Shown here in pieces: positions 26,067 to 38,339 of a stretch of 64,000 nt of DNA. The DNA comes from Chiloscyllium plagiosum (lineage: Eukaryota). Both the position numbers and the translations under genes were made by a program. Each line of letters begins with the position of its first letter. Position 1 is the stretch's first letter. Where the stretch lies: positions 5,132,159-5,196,158 of the forward strand of contig NC_057750.1 of assembly GCF_004010195.1 (NCBI RefSeq), written 5' to 3'. Under the pieces are notes generated by a model, which did not search any database, was not told the DNA's origin, and saw only the letters and a list, made by a program, of their open reading frames with translations.

Positions 26067-26680
26067 TGTTATGGACCTGTCCAGACCCCCTTCAAAACAT
26101 TTCAATAAAGTAGCCCAGACCCTAACTTTGCTCATTGTTTTAAACAAGTGTAATGCAGATATTCCAGGAGGGATGCAGCTGGTCAAATCACTTAGTTTTA
26201 AGCAAAACAGAATTTATTTACAAGATTACCGAAAAGAGAACAGAGTACTGAATAACTTAACCTTTCCGCAAATTGGAACAACTTAATGATGCTGTTCCAA
26301 ATTCCTGCAAGAGCTCCCCATAAACAGCCCTTGGCACAAATGGTAAAATCATACACTGGGTCTTACAGGAGAGAGAGAGAGATGGCCAAAAATGGAACCT
26401 TCTTCCATTGTAGCTGTTTCTTTGACTAACAATCTGACTGATCTCTAAAATCCAAACCACAGAAAAGCTGAGCTGGGAGAACTGGCCACTCCCCTTTCAT
26501 TGTACATTTTTTTTTCAAAACTTTGAAAGCATTCTGCCTGAGGCAGTGTCTACTAGCTATAATCACATTGACCCTAAAACCCAACCAAACCAGACGTCTC
26601 GGCAACTCTGTCTCGTGCAACACTTTTGAAAACAAATCCGAGGACGGCAGAACTCTGTTAAAAGGAGCTGCATTGTCTCC
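26067..26680. mobile_element. Solo-LTR-like repeat
   Basis: Starts tgttatggacc...agacccccttcaaaa, like 41136; flanks cagt/tagt. Confidence 0.5.
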
Positions 26681-28227
26681 TAGTACCGGCACGTTAGGCC
26701 GAATGGGCTCCTCCTGAGCTGTAATAAGCCTGTGATCTCTCTTGACAGGACAGTCTCACCATTCCCAGGGACATGTGGACTTTAAGTGCACTCCCTTTGT
26801 GGTAATATCATCCCTAAACCAGGAATAATCACCAGGGCCTGAGCTTTATAGAACCCAAATATTCAACAAAATATCCTTAGGGTGGGCTTTCCCAAGAGGA
26901 GGTTGAGACCCCCCAAGTGGGGTGCTGACTGGCCTACGCCACCCTACCCTCTCCACTCCCACTGAAGGGTCCCACCGATGTTCAAGCCTCGAGAATGGAG
27001 GGAGGTCACGGTGGGAAACATTTCGAGCAGCATCGACCGAGGACCAAGTCATCAACTAATCCCACCCAGCCTCAGGCAACTAGCTCGGGAAGATCTGAAA
27101 GGGCAGTGGGATCGGATTCGATCATAAAACCTCAAAAAGGGAAACAGATAAATACGTGAAGTGGGAGGGGAAATCGCAGAGCAATGTTGGGCAGGGTGTG
27201 GGGGAGGATAAGACCAAGGGGGCAAGACTAATTGTTCTTTCAAAGATCCGTGTTGGGTCTACGTCTATTTTATTTGGAAATATGAACCGGCAAGATGGAA
27301 GTTTGGAGCCTGTTGTGTAACAGTGAATACAGAAGTGTGGGTCTGAAACCACTGGAAAGGGAAGTGGGAATCCTGGGCTTCATGTCTCAGTCCACCAAGG
27401 TCATACAACAGTTGGAGAAGTCCCCCCCTCCCCCTCCATCTCGTGCTCTCCTTCTCTCCTCTCTCTGCGCCCCCTCCCTCTCCCAGTCCTCCTTCTACAC
27501 TGGGGGTGGGGATTCTATGATTGGCATCATTGGGGCAATACCCTTTAGTGTCGCTGGGTGGAAATCCATGGAGCCCCACTCCCTAACAGTCCTGTGGGTG
27601 CTTTTACACTCTGGGGATCAGGACGGTTCATGAAGGAAGCCTCACCATCACCTCCTCCAGAGGCAATTAGGGATGAGGTAATAAATGCTGGCCCACATCC
27701 TCAGAATGACTGTCTTAATACTTCTGTAAAATAAAGGACGATTAGTTACAGGAAGTGACAGCTCCTTGAGTTGGATTCTGGCACTGACTAGTACCAATGA
27801 CCTTTGACTCTAGCTCATGAGTGCAGGGAGCAGTTTTGGTCTGGCTGTTTGCAATCTGAGACACTGGAACTTACAGCACCACTGAAGTATTAGCACGAGT
27901 GTTACAGTCATGAGTTACCTCATACAAATAGCAGCACACCTTAACAAGATAAGCTCCTTAACGTCACAGGATTTCCCCAGTTGCCTCAGAACCAATTAAT
28001 GATTTGCAATACTCAGAGAGCACAGAACTAAACTTGGCAGTCAAACCCACACAGCAAGATTCCAGAAACAAGCAGGGGCGAACCAACTCCGAATGTGAAG
28101 AGTAAATATAGGCTGCAGAGAAAAGGAGGATTCTGTTCGGGACAGAGCCCTAGGACTTGTACAAATGCAGCTGAGAACAAGGACATGCCTTGACTTAAAG
28201 TCCTATTTAAAGGGTGGAAGCAGGGGT

Positions 28228-29550
28228 CAGAGGGTCAGTGCTGAGGGAGCGGGTATTGTCGGAGGGTCAGTGCTGAGGGAGCAGGCACTGTCAGAGGGTC
28301 AGTGCTGAGGGAGCGGGTACTGTCGGAGGGTCAGTGCTGAGGGAGCAGGCACTGTCAGAGGGTCAGTGCTGAGGGAGCAGGCACTGTCGAAGGGTCAGCA
28401 TTGAGGAAGCTGGCACAGTCGGAGGGTCAGTGCTGAGAGAGTGGGCACTATCGGAGGGTCAGCCCTGAGGGAGCGGGCACTGTCGGAGGGTCAGTGCTGA
28501 GGGAGCAGGCACTGTCGGAGGGTCAGTGCTGAGAGAGTAGGCATTATTGGAGGGTCAGTGCTGAGGGAGCAGGCACTGTCGGAGGGTCAGTGCTGAGAGA
28601 GTGGGCACTATCGGAGGGTCAGCCCTGAGGGAGCGGGCACTGTCGGAGGGTCAGTTCTGAGGGAGCAGGCACTGTCGGAGGGTCAGTGCTGAGGGAGTGC
28701 CGCACTGTCGGAGGTTCAGTGCTGAGAGAGCAGGCACTATTGGAGGGTCAGTGCTGAGGGAGCAGGCACTGTCGGAGGGTCAGTGCTGAGGGAGCAGGCA
28801 CTATTGGAGGGTCAGTGCTGAGGGAGCAGGCATTATTGGAGGGTCAGTGCTGAGGGAGCAGGCACTGTCGGAGGGTCAGTGCTGAGGGAGTGCTGCACAG
28901 TCGGAGGGTCGATGCTGAGGGTGCGGGCACTGTCGGAGGGTCAGTGCTAAAGGAGCAGGCACTGTCAAAGGGTCAGTGCTGAGGGAGCGCCGCACAGTCG
29001 GAGAGTCAGTGCTGAGGGAGTGGGCACTGTCAGAGGGTCAGTGCGGGGGAGCGCCACACTATCGGAGGGTCAGTGCTGAGGGAGTGAGCACTGTCAGAGA
29101 ATCAGTGCTAGGGGAGTGCTGCACTGTCGGAGGGTCAGTGCTGAGGGAGCAGGCACTATCGGAGGGTCAGTGCTGAGGGAGCAGGCACTATCAGAGGGTC
29201 AGTGCTGAGGGAGTACCGTACTGTTGGAGGGTCAGTGCTGAGGGAGCGGGCACTGTTGGATGGTCAGTGCTGAGGGAGTGGGCACTGTCAGAGAATCAGT
29301 GCTAGTGGAGTGCTGCACTGTCGGAGGGTCAGTGCTGAGGGAGCAGGCACTATCGGAGGGTCAGTGCTGAGGGAGTACCGCACTGTTGGAGGGTCAGTGC
29401 TGAGGGAGCGGGCACTGTTGGATGGTCAGTGCTGAGGGAGTGGGCACTGTTGGATGGTCAGCACTGAGGGAGTGCTGCACTGTCGGAGAAAGTGCTGAGG
29501 GAGTGCCGCACTGTCGGAGGGTCAGTGCTGAGGGAGTGCCGCACTGTCAT
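28228..29550 (+). repeat. 32-bp minisatellite (~41 units): gtcggagggtcagtgctgagggagcaggcact
   Basis: Unit starts at 28231, 28263, and so on; runs directly into a Deu-domain SINE body (~29550-29820). Confidence 0.97.
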
Positions 29551-30199
29551 AGGTGCTATCTCTTAGCTGCAACACTACACTGAGGATTGTTGTTAAAGAT
29601 CCTGTGGCCTGCACTTCAGTGCAGAGTGAGAGTAATCTCTCTCAGGCCAGGATGTTAATGTTCTACAACCATCACTGCAACTGATTATTGCAATGCTGTC
29701 TATGGGATCTTGCTATGTATAATCATCTGCTCATGTTACAGCAGGGAACCACACTTCAAAAAAAAACTGTCATTGATTGCAAAACCATGACGGTGTGAAA
29801 GGTGCTGTGCAAATTAAAAGTTTACATTTAAATTATTCAGCTCTGATTAGGAGAGAGATCATAAAACAACAAACAGTAGCTCAGTGGTTAGTACTGCTGC
29901 CTCACAGCACCAGGGACCCAGGTTCGATTCCAGCCTTGGGTGACTGTCTGTGTGGAGTTTGCACATTCTCCCCGTGTCTGCGTGGGTTTCTTCCGGGTGC
30001 TCTGGTTTCCTCCCACAGTCCAAAGATGTGCAGGTCAGGGTGGATTGGCCATGCTAAATTGCCCATAGTGTTAGGTGCATTAGTCAGAGGAAAATGGGTC
30101 TGGGTGGGTTGCTCTTTGGAGGGTCTGTGTGGACTGGTTGGGCCGAAGGGCCTGTTTCCACACTGTAGGGAATCTAATCTAAAACCGCATTTATAAATT

Positions 30200-30740
30200 G
30201 AGGTCATGGCTTAATGGTATTATCACTGGGCTATTAATGCGGGGACTAGCGTTCAAATCCTGCTATGATAGAGTTTGAGTTTAGTGATGGAAAGGCTGGA
30301 ATTTAAAGTCTAATGATGACTGTGGATCTATTGTTGATTGTTGGAAAAGCCCATCTGGTTCACTAATGTCGGTTAGGGAATGAAACGGCCATCTTTACCT
30401 AGTCTGGCCTACATGTGACTCCAGACCCACAGCAATGGGGTTGACTCTCAGCTTCCCTCTGGGCAATTAGGGACGGACAATACAGTTGGTTTTACTATAA
30501 CGTACATTTCTTCAGTGCAAATTGGCTTTAATTTGATTGAAGAATTTAGACCATTATTTGTAGAACGTGAACTTTCCCCTTACCTGTTTTGGCTATAATG
30601 CAATTCCGGTCTCATTATCTTAAATGGCACAGCTATTGCGCGATTTACTTATAACGCAAGGATGGAACTATTGCGTCGTGTCAGAACCGACTGTAACTGC
30701 TGGTCTGGACAACGGTGCCCTGATCCCGTGAGTGAATTAG
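30200..30740 (+). mobile_element. Second tRNA-derived SINE family sharing the gggcaattagggatgggcaataaatgctgg tail with the L2/CR1-group LINE
   Basis: cccatctggttcactaatg...tggcctacatgtgactccagacccacagcaatg recurs at ~14040, 16340, 31370, 47020 and 58430, and on the minus strand at ~37380 and 50620. Confidence 0.7.
30483..30693. mobile_element. Tc1/mariner (Tigger-like) MITE
   Basis: TA|cagttggtt...aaccgactg|TA: short TIRs with a TA duplication; splits a SINE tail at caaTA. Confidence 0.75.
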
Positions 30741-30862
30741 AAAAGAACTGATAAAGCACATTTAATGTATAGACAGATCCCAAAAAGAGTGAGAGTTACC
30801 AAAAAGAATTCAATACCGGGCTGCAGATGAGGAGCGAAAGCAGGAGTGTGACTCTGACCGAC

Positions 30863-31025
30863 CTGGAAATGCGTTGATATCAATCAGTGCGAGTTTGCTG
30901 GTTTTATTGTCCACAATCACATCCACCCCGAACAGCGACAAGCCCAGAGCTGCCTGAAGGCCTTGGCTGATGAACTGGATGATTCTGTCAGACGGTCCAC
31001 TCGGAAGGCGATCCCCTTCCCCTCT
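30863..31025 (-). CDS. ITPK1: ITPK1-like exon: RGEGDRLPSGPSDRIIQFISQGLQAALGLSLFGVDVIVDNKTSKLALIDINAFP
   Basis: 163 nt, cAG/GTcggt; metal-binding LFG.D...IDINAFPG motif. Confidence 0.96.
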
Positions 31026-31634
31026 CTGAGGCGATGGAACAAAACATAGCTGAGACTGAGGTGCTGTCCAAGCACATCTCCCCTCGCACCTCCCTCTCGT
31101 CCAACACTCACCTCCAGTCCCCCACTTCCCACTGACCCTCCTTATCCTGGTTCCACACTCCCCCACTGGGTCACAGTCACTCTCACTTCTATAGCTCTAT
31201 CACTGCTCCCTACCTCATCTCTGATGGGGTGGAAGTGTTACTATCACTGGGTTAGTCATCCAGAAAATGAGGACGATATTTTGGGAACATGAGTTCAAAT
31301 CCCACCAAAGCTGAGGTGAAATTCGAATTTGGTGAAAATCTGAAATTAAAAGTTGATTGTTTTAAACCCCCATCTGGTTCACTCACGCTCGTTTAGGGAG
31401 GGAGATTTGGCATCCTTACCCGGTCTGGGCCTGCGTGTGACGACAGATCCTCAGCAATGTCATTGACTGTGGGGATGGGAAATAAACACAGCCCCCGGTC
31501 GAGTTTTAATAAAACATTGTACAAAGTCCTTAAAAGTTTTGGACATCTCTCAAAATCTCATCTCGGCCTTGCTTCCTCAAGGGGCCCAGTCTCAGCTTCT
31601 CCAATCCATCCACTTTACTGAAATCCCTAATCAG

Positions 31635-32400
31635 GTCAGAGAGTCATCCAGCACGGAAACCGACCCTTCGGTCCGAACTGTCCATGCCGACCAGATGTTC
31701 TAGATTAATCTAGCCCCATTTGCCAGCACCTGGCCCATATCCCTCCAAACCCTTCCTATTCATATACTCATCCCTATGTCTTTTAAATGTTGTAATTGTA
31801 CCAGCCTCCACCACTTCCTCTGGCAGCTCATTCCGTACACGCACAATTCTCTGTGTGGAAACGCTGCACCTTAGGTTCCTTTTATATCTTTCCTCTCTCA
31901 CCCTAAACCTATGCCCTCTAGTTCTGGACTCCCCCACCCCAGGAAATTGACCTTGTCTATTTATCCTATCCATGCCCCTCATGATATTATAAACCTCTAT
32001 AAGGTCACCCCTCAGCCTCCAATGCTCCATGAATAACAGCCCCGGCCTATTCAGCCTCTCCCTGTAGCTTGGCACGGTGGCACTGTGGTTAGCACTGCTG
32101 CCTTACAGCATCAGAGACCCGGGTTCAATTCCCGCCTCAGGCGACTGACCGTGTGGAATTTGCACATTCTCCCCGTGTCTGCGTGGGTTTCCTCCGGGTG
32201 CTCCGGTTTCCTCCCACACTCACAAAGATGTGCAGGTCAGGTGAATTGGCCATGTGTTAGGTGAAGGGGAATGGGTCTGGGTTGGTTATGCTTCGGAGGG
32301 TTGGTGTGGACTTGTTGGGCCGGAGGGCCTGTTTCCACACTGTATGTAATCTAATCCAACCCTGGCAACATCCTTATAACTCCTTTCTGAACCCTTTCAA
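31635..32400 (-). mobile_element. CR1 LINE fragment interrupted by an HE1-type SINE (32071-32355, +)
   Basis: CR1 ORF 31710-32075; CR1 sequence resumes at ~32356 (ccaaccctggcaacatcc). Confidence 0.85.
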
Positions 32401-32729
32401 GACCGCAGCTGTTCAGGAACTAAAATGCACTGTTCATGTCAACCAGATGGGAATGCCGTGTTTTGGGAGGGGGAGGGGGAGGGGGGGGGATAGTTGAGAA
32501 ACAGATGAGGTTTGGCCACGGTGAAATGTGGAGAGAATTTCAGAGCTTGGGACCCAGCTAGCAGAGGGTCTGGCTATCCATGGTGGAGCGATTACAATTG
32601 GGGTAGACGCAAGCGGTCAGAATGGGAGAGACCCGGTGAAATTGCGGGCTGGAGGGAGCGATTTGAGAGAGAGAGCTGGATGGTGAAGCCACCGAGGGAT
32701 TTGAAAATACAGTCTGCAAGAGGACTTAC

Positions 32730-32797
32730 CTCCGTTAAATGTGAACAGGATTCTGGCTTCGAGACTTCATGGCTGTTGAAGAATATCGTCTTCTGAT
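32730..32797 (-). CDS. ITPK1: ITPK1-like exon: DQKTIFFNSHEVSKPESCSHLTE
   Basis: 68 nt, cAG/GTaagt; IFFNSH.VSKPES motif. Confidence 0.95.
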
Positions 32798-33700
32798 CTG
32801 AAAAGACAGTATCCATCAAACTCCCGCACGCACCCTCTCTCTCTTCCACCTACAATTGTTCCCCACCCGGCCCCCTCCCACACAAATGTCACCTCTATTT
32901 GCATTTATTTAGCCCCTGTAGTGTCCCATGGTGCTTCACAAAAGCAGATGAGCCACAGAAGAGGATGTTGGGACAAGTCATTGAGATGTACAGCATAGAA
33001 ACAGACCCTTCGGTCCAATTCGTCCATGCCAGATATCTTAAATTAACCTCGTCCCATTTGCCAGCACCTGGCCCATATCCCTCTAAACCCTTCCTATTCA
33101 TATACCCATCCAGATGCCTTTTAAATCTTGTAATTGTACCAGCCTCCACCACTTCCTCTGGCAGTTCATTCCATACACGCACCACCCTCTGTGTAAAGAA
33201 AATTGCCCCTAAGGCCTTTTAAAATTTTTCCCCTCTCACCTTACCTCTATGCTTTCTACTTTTGGACTCCTTACCCGGGAAAAAGACCTTGACCGTTCAC
33301 TCTATCCACATGCCTCATGTTTTTATAAACCTTTATAAAGTCAGCCCTCGACCTCTGACACTTCAGAGAAAATAGCCCCAGACTGTTCAACCTCTCCCGA
33401 TAGCTCAACCTTAAAATCATTCCCAGAATCCAATGTCACAAGAAAATAGATACCTACATAGAATGACAGCAAATTCACAACACCAAAACAAGCAGTCTGT
33501 CCAAGTGGTCTATGCTGGTCTTTGTGTTTCATGTGAGTCTCCTCTCATATCTTTAATTCCATCTATTCTCCCTCATGTACTTACTGAGCTGCCCGTAACT
33601 GCTTTTCACCTCAAGTACTCATGGTGCCAACAGGTTTCACATACTACACCGTCTCTGGGTACAGAGTTTTCAAAAAAAAAGAAAAAAAAATAAACAGGAG

Positions 33701-33905
33701 ATTCTGTCCGTTGTGAAGGGCAGTGTTTGTCACTGGCCACCCGGGTGTTTTCCTATCTTCCTGGTGGTGGAATTTGAATAAAGATTCGTGCACTTTGTGT
33801 CTTTCACTGTGTCTCACACCTGCACACACACACCATGGGTGCTGGGGATAAAATAAGCACTACCGCACTTAGGCGGTAGTGAAAAAAAAAGAAAAAGATA
33901 AATAA
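33701..33905 (+). mobile_element. 5'-truncated non-LTR retrotransposon 3' end with hairpin, A-rich tail and TSD
   Basis: Internal AATAAA; perfect 9-bp hairpin cactaccgc-acttag-gcggtagtg (33858-33881) directly before the A tail; aaataaacaggag duplicated on both sides. Confidence 0.6.
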
Positions 33906-34024
33906 ATAAACAGGAGTGTCAGAGGTTCGGTTCACTCTGAGAGCTGGCTCTGAGGGAGCTGGGTCAGTGTCAGGGACTCTCCACGTGTGAATAAAGGATG
34001 ATGGTATACTGGCCTTGGTGGTGT

Positions 34025-34860
34025 TAGAACATAGAACAGCACAGCACAGTACAGGCCCTTTAGCCCTCGATGTTGTGTCGACCTTCTATCCTACTAAGAT
34101 CAGACTAACCTATATACCTTTCAATTTATTATCATCCATGTGCCTGTCCAAGAGTCGCTTAAATGTCCCTAATATGTCTGACTCTACTCCCACTGCTGGT
34201 AGTGCATTCCACACACCCACCACTCTCTGTATAAAGAGCCTACCTCTGACATCTCCTCTAAACCTTCCTCCAATCACCTTAAAATTATGCCCCCTCAGGA
34301 TAGCTGTTTCTGCCCTGGGGAAAAGTCTCTGGCTATCCACTCTATCTATCCCTCTCATTACCTTGTACATCTCTATCAAGTCACCTCTCATCCTTCTTCA
34401 CTTCAATGAGAAAAGCCCAAGATCCCTCAACCTTTCTTCATAAGACGTGCCCTCAAGTCCAGGCAGCATCCCAGTAAATTTCCTCTGCACTCTATCTAAA
34501 GTTTCCACATCCTTCCTATAATGAGGCGACCAGAACTGAACACAATATTCCAAGTGTGGTCTAACCAGAGCTCTACGGAGCTGCAGCACAACCTCGTGGT
34601 TCTTAAACTCAATCCGCCTGCTAATGAAAGCCAACACACCATACGCCTTCTTAACAACACAATAAACTTGGGTGGCAAAATTGAGGGATCTATGGATGTG
34701 GACCCCAAGATCCCTCTGTTCCTCCACATTGCCAAGAATCCTGCCTTTAACCCTGTATTCTGCATTCCAATTCAACCTTCCAAAGTGAATCATTTCACAC
34801 TTTTCCAGGTTGAACTCCATCTGCCACTTCTCAGCCCACCTCTGCATCCTGTCGATGTCC
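34025..34860 (-). mobile_element. CR1/HER1 LINE 3' fragment
   Basis: ORFs 34398-34847 and 34110-34391: WAEKWQMEFNLEKCE, LVRPHLEYCVQFWSP, RGDLIE.YK. Confidence 0.92.
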
Positions 34861-35258
34861 CGTTATTTCAATTCAAGAGGGTACTGGGTGGTCATATGGG
34901 TAGGGGTTGGTTAGCTTAGTTGGCTGGATGGCTGGTTTGCAATATAGAGTAACATCAACAGCATGGGTTCAATTCCTACCATGACTGAGGTTACCATGAA
35001 GGATTCTCCTTCTCAAACTCTTCCCCCTCGCCTGAGACATGATGACCCTCGGGTTAACCCCCCCCCCCCCCCCCCCCCCCAGTTGCCTCTGTCTGATGAG
35101 AGAGCAGCCTGTGTTCTGAAGGGACTGTAGTGACTTGCAAGGATGTGAGGAGAAGGCAGGTGTTAGAGGATAGACCCTGTGCAGTGGGCCAAATGGCCTC
35201 CCTGAGTATAATATCAACACCGTGCAGACATCCCAGAAGCCCACAGCAAAGCACTCAC

Positions 35259-35424
35259 CTGATTGGCCGACTGCAAAGTTCCTCAGAGAGGGCCTCTTGG
35301 CGACAAAATATGATTGGCCGATGACAAAGATTTTGTAGAGGATGGCGTTGTGGTTGATGAAGCTCTGCAGGACACAGGGTGGAGTCACGTCCCTCAGACC
35401 ATCCTCGTTGAAGATAAGAGCCAT
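35259..35424 (-). CDS. ITPK1: ITPK1-like exon: MALIFNEDGLRDVTPPCVLQSFINHNAILYKIFVIGQSYFVAKRPSLRNFAVGQS
   Basis: 166 nt, cAG/GTgagt; PPCV.Q.FINHNA.LYK.FV.G...RPSL ATP-grasp segment. Confidence 0.96.
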
Positions 35425-36104
35425 CTGTGAAGAGAGGGAACGTAAAAATAAAAAGGGGACAGTCTGACATTCCTGACCTCCCAATGGGCCACATTCAACA
35501 GAGCCCTCTTTTCTGCAGTCGCTGGCAACTCTAGCACAAAGCAAGATCCCACAAAGCACACGCTGATAGCGACCAGATGCCCTGTCTCTCAAGGTGCTGA
35601 TTCAGTCTCACAGTGCAAAGGGAAACTCTACCAGAGAGGGGGCAGGGGGTCCTTCAGATCCACCCGGACGGGAAACGTGACCCAGGTTTAATATCTCATT
35701 CACAAGATGGATCCTCTGGTAGTGCAGCCCTCCCTCAGGACTGGTGGCTCAGTGGTTAGCACTGCTGCCTCACAACGCCCTAGGTTCCCAGGTTCGATTC
35801 TCCCCTCCAGTAGAAAGTAAGATGCTGGAGAGTCAGAGTCGAAAAGTGTGACAATGGAAAAGCACAGCAGCTCAGGCAGCATCCGAGGAGCAGGAGAATC
35901 AATGTTACAGCATCAGCCCTTCATCAGGAACGTTTCCAATGAAGAGTTTATGCCTGAAGCATCGATTCTCCTGCTCCTCAGATGCTGCCTGACCTGCCAT
36001 GCTTTTCCAGCACCACACTTTTCGATTCGATTCCACCCTCCGTCGACTGTCTCCGTGGAGTTAGCATGTCCTCCCAGTGTCTGCGTGTGTTCCCTCTGGG
36101 TGCT

Positions 36105-36805
36105 TAGTATAGGAGTCGGGACGTCATGTTGAGGTTGTACAGGTGAGGCCTTTTCTGAAGTACTGTGTCCAGTTCTAGTCTCCCTGTTATAGGAAGGATA
36201 TTATTGAAGCTGGAGAGGGTTCAGAAGAGATTTACCAGGATCTATGGAAGGTTTGAGCTATAAAGAAAGGTTGGGAATTTTTTCACTGGAATGTAGGAGG
36301 TTAAGAGGTAACCTTATAGAAGTTTATAAAATTACGAGGGGCATAGATACAGTAAAGGCAGTTGCCTTTTCCCTCAGATGGGGAGGTGCTGGTGTTGGAT
36401 TGGGGTGGACAAGTTGAGAAGTCACACGACACCAGATTATAGTCCAACGGGTTTATTTAAAATCACAAGCTTTCAGAGCGCTACGCTGTCATCAGGTGAA
36501 ATGATAGGGGCTTTCAAGACTAGGGACACATTTTTTAAGGTGAGAGGAGAGAGATTTTAAAAATACACAAGGGGCAGTATCTTTTTTTTACGCAAAGAAT
36601 GGTTCGTGTGTAAAATGAACTTTCTGAAGAAGTGGTGGATGTGGGTAGTGTTACAACATTTGGATAACTACAAGAATAGGGCAAGGTTTGGAGGGATAAG
36701 GGCCAGGAGCAGGCAGAAGGGATCAGTTTAGTTTGGGATTCTGGTCAGCATGGACTGGTTGGGCCAAAGGGTCTGTTTCCATGCTGGATGACTCTCTGAC
36801 TCTAT
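36105..36805 (+). mobile_element. CR1 LINE 3' fragment, interrupted by a Penelope-like repeat
   Basis: Similar to 62600-63200. Further fragments at approx. 32975-33410, 40420-40710, 43825-43960, 44140-44680, 46470-46895, 47200-47345, 49080-49255, 53405-53790, 55655-56050, 57600-58035 and 59090-59480. Confidence 0.85.
36388..36498 (-). mobile_element. Penelope-like family A half copy with hammerhead core, inserted in a CR1 fragment
   Basis: Minus strand CAC-CTGATGA-CAGCG(TAG)CGCTCT-GAAA-GC-TT-GTG at 36464-36498; CR1 sequence continues on both sides. Confidence 0.7.
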
Positions 36806-37703
36806 GTAGGGATTCCACAAAATCCTGGGTTTGTGATTTTCGAAAGGAGACATGGCTTTGGGAGAGCTTACAGAATGTCATCCTGCTGGAACAGCAGAAA
36901 GGAGTGGGTCAGGAAAATACGATCATTCAGGGAGATTCAGTAGAAACGCTGGGAAACTGTCAGAGTTTGAGGATAATTGGCAAAAAGGGAAGGGCCGGGG
37001 GAGAGGGTGCAGATGAGGAGAGTTTGTTTACGGAGTGGGGGGGGGTGCTGGCGTGAAATGGAAGGCCTTGCAGATTCCAAAGCAACTTCCAAAAGGGAAT
37101 CAGAAAACTATTTCAAACAGACGAAAGAGAAAAAAGCAACTGGTGTGGGAAGAGAAAGAGGGCTCTTTCAAAGGGTTAGTACAGAGGTGATGGAGTGAGT
37201 GGCCTTTGTCAATGCTGAGTAATGGCTTGACCTCCTTCAGGGTGGGCCCTCAGTCATGGGTGAGGGTGGATATTATTGGATTTAACGCTTAAATCACAAG
37301 CTTAACTATTGTTCATAAGGTGCCAAAAGCACTTGGATTTGACAAGGGCATCATTGGCAAGGCTGGTCTCACCAGGGCCACTTCAGAGGGCAAGAAAGAG
37401 TCAGCTACAGTGCTGTGGGTATAGAGTCACATGTAGACCAGACCAGATAAGGACAGCAGATTCCCTTCCCTAAAGGACATTAATAAACCAGGAGCATTTA
37501 TCCAACTATCGATGTTAGTTACACAATCACCATCGTTGAGACGAGCTTTCAATTCCTGATACCTTCACGGAGTTTTTGCGGTGGGATTTGAACTCACAGC
37601 ATTAGCCTGCGTTTCCAACCCAGTCTCCACTGTCAGCCTCTCAACCAATTCCCCAACAGTACATCTCTTGATTGAAATAAATCTGATATTTACTGTTACT
37701 CAC

Positions 37704-37744
37704 ATCATGAGAGCTGGATCCTTGTGCAACCCTGGTTTTGCAAA
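37704..37744 (-). CDS. ITPK1: ITPK1-like exon: ICKTRVAQGSSSHD
   Basis: 41 nt, cAG/GTgagt; matches human ICKTRVAHGTNSHE. Confidence 0.93.
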
Positions 37745-38339
37745 CTGTAAAGAGATATTCAAAACAGAAATGAAATTCGACTGGAATAAAACCAATCTTC
37801 CCACCATGAGGACTCGAGAGCGTGTGACCCCACACTGAGATGACTGAGATAGAGTCTCACAGCTCCTTCCCACTCGATCCCCAACACATCCCAAAGCGGT
37901 CTACAGCCAATGACGTCAGATCTTCTGAAGTCTGCTTGCCAGCGTAAACGTTGGGCTTGCAGTAAACCACCCACAGCAAGCTCCCACAAACTGCAAAGTG
38001 ACGGGTTTTCAGGGAATGTAGGTTGGCGGATAAATACTGGCACCAGGAGCGTGCGGAGTGTTTGGGTTTGAAACACAAGTAGCTTTAAGAATAAAACTGG
38101 AACAGCTCCAGACTTGATAGAGAGCCGGGGGATGAGTGAGTATCAGACCCTAGGTGGTAGCGCCACTCCCTCCAGGCCTCACCACTACTTTCCTGTCGGT
38201 GTGTGTTCGATGTCTCAGTTAGTCAGGAATCCGTCAAACTCTGCCTCAAAACGATTCAGCGCCCCAGCCTCCAGTGCGCTCAGGACAGGTTCGTTCCATC
38301 GGTTTATGACTCTCTTGAGAATTAGGCTCATGCCCATGG

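Noticed and set aside
28228..29550. CRISPR-like array
   Set aside because: Head-to-tail repeats with no unique spacers, in vertebrate DNA with no cas genes; the same applies to 54412-55340.
37911..37918. Perfect CRE palindrome TGACGTCA
   Set aside because: Intronic, within a decayed repeat-like stretch, with no promoter context.
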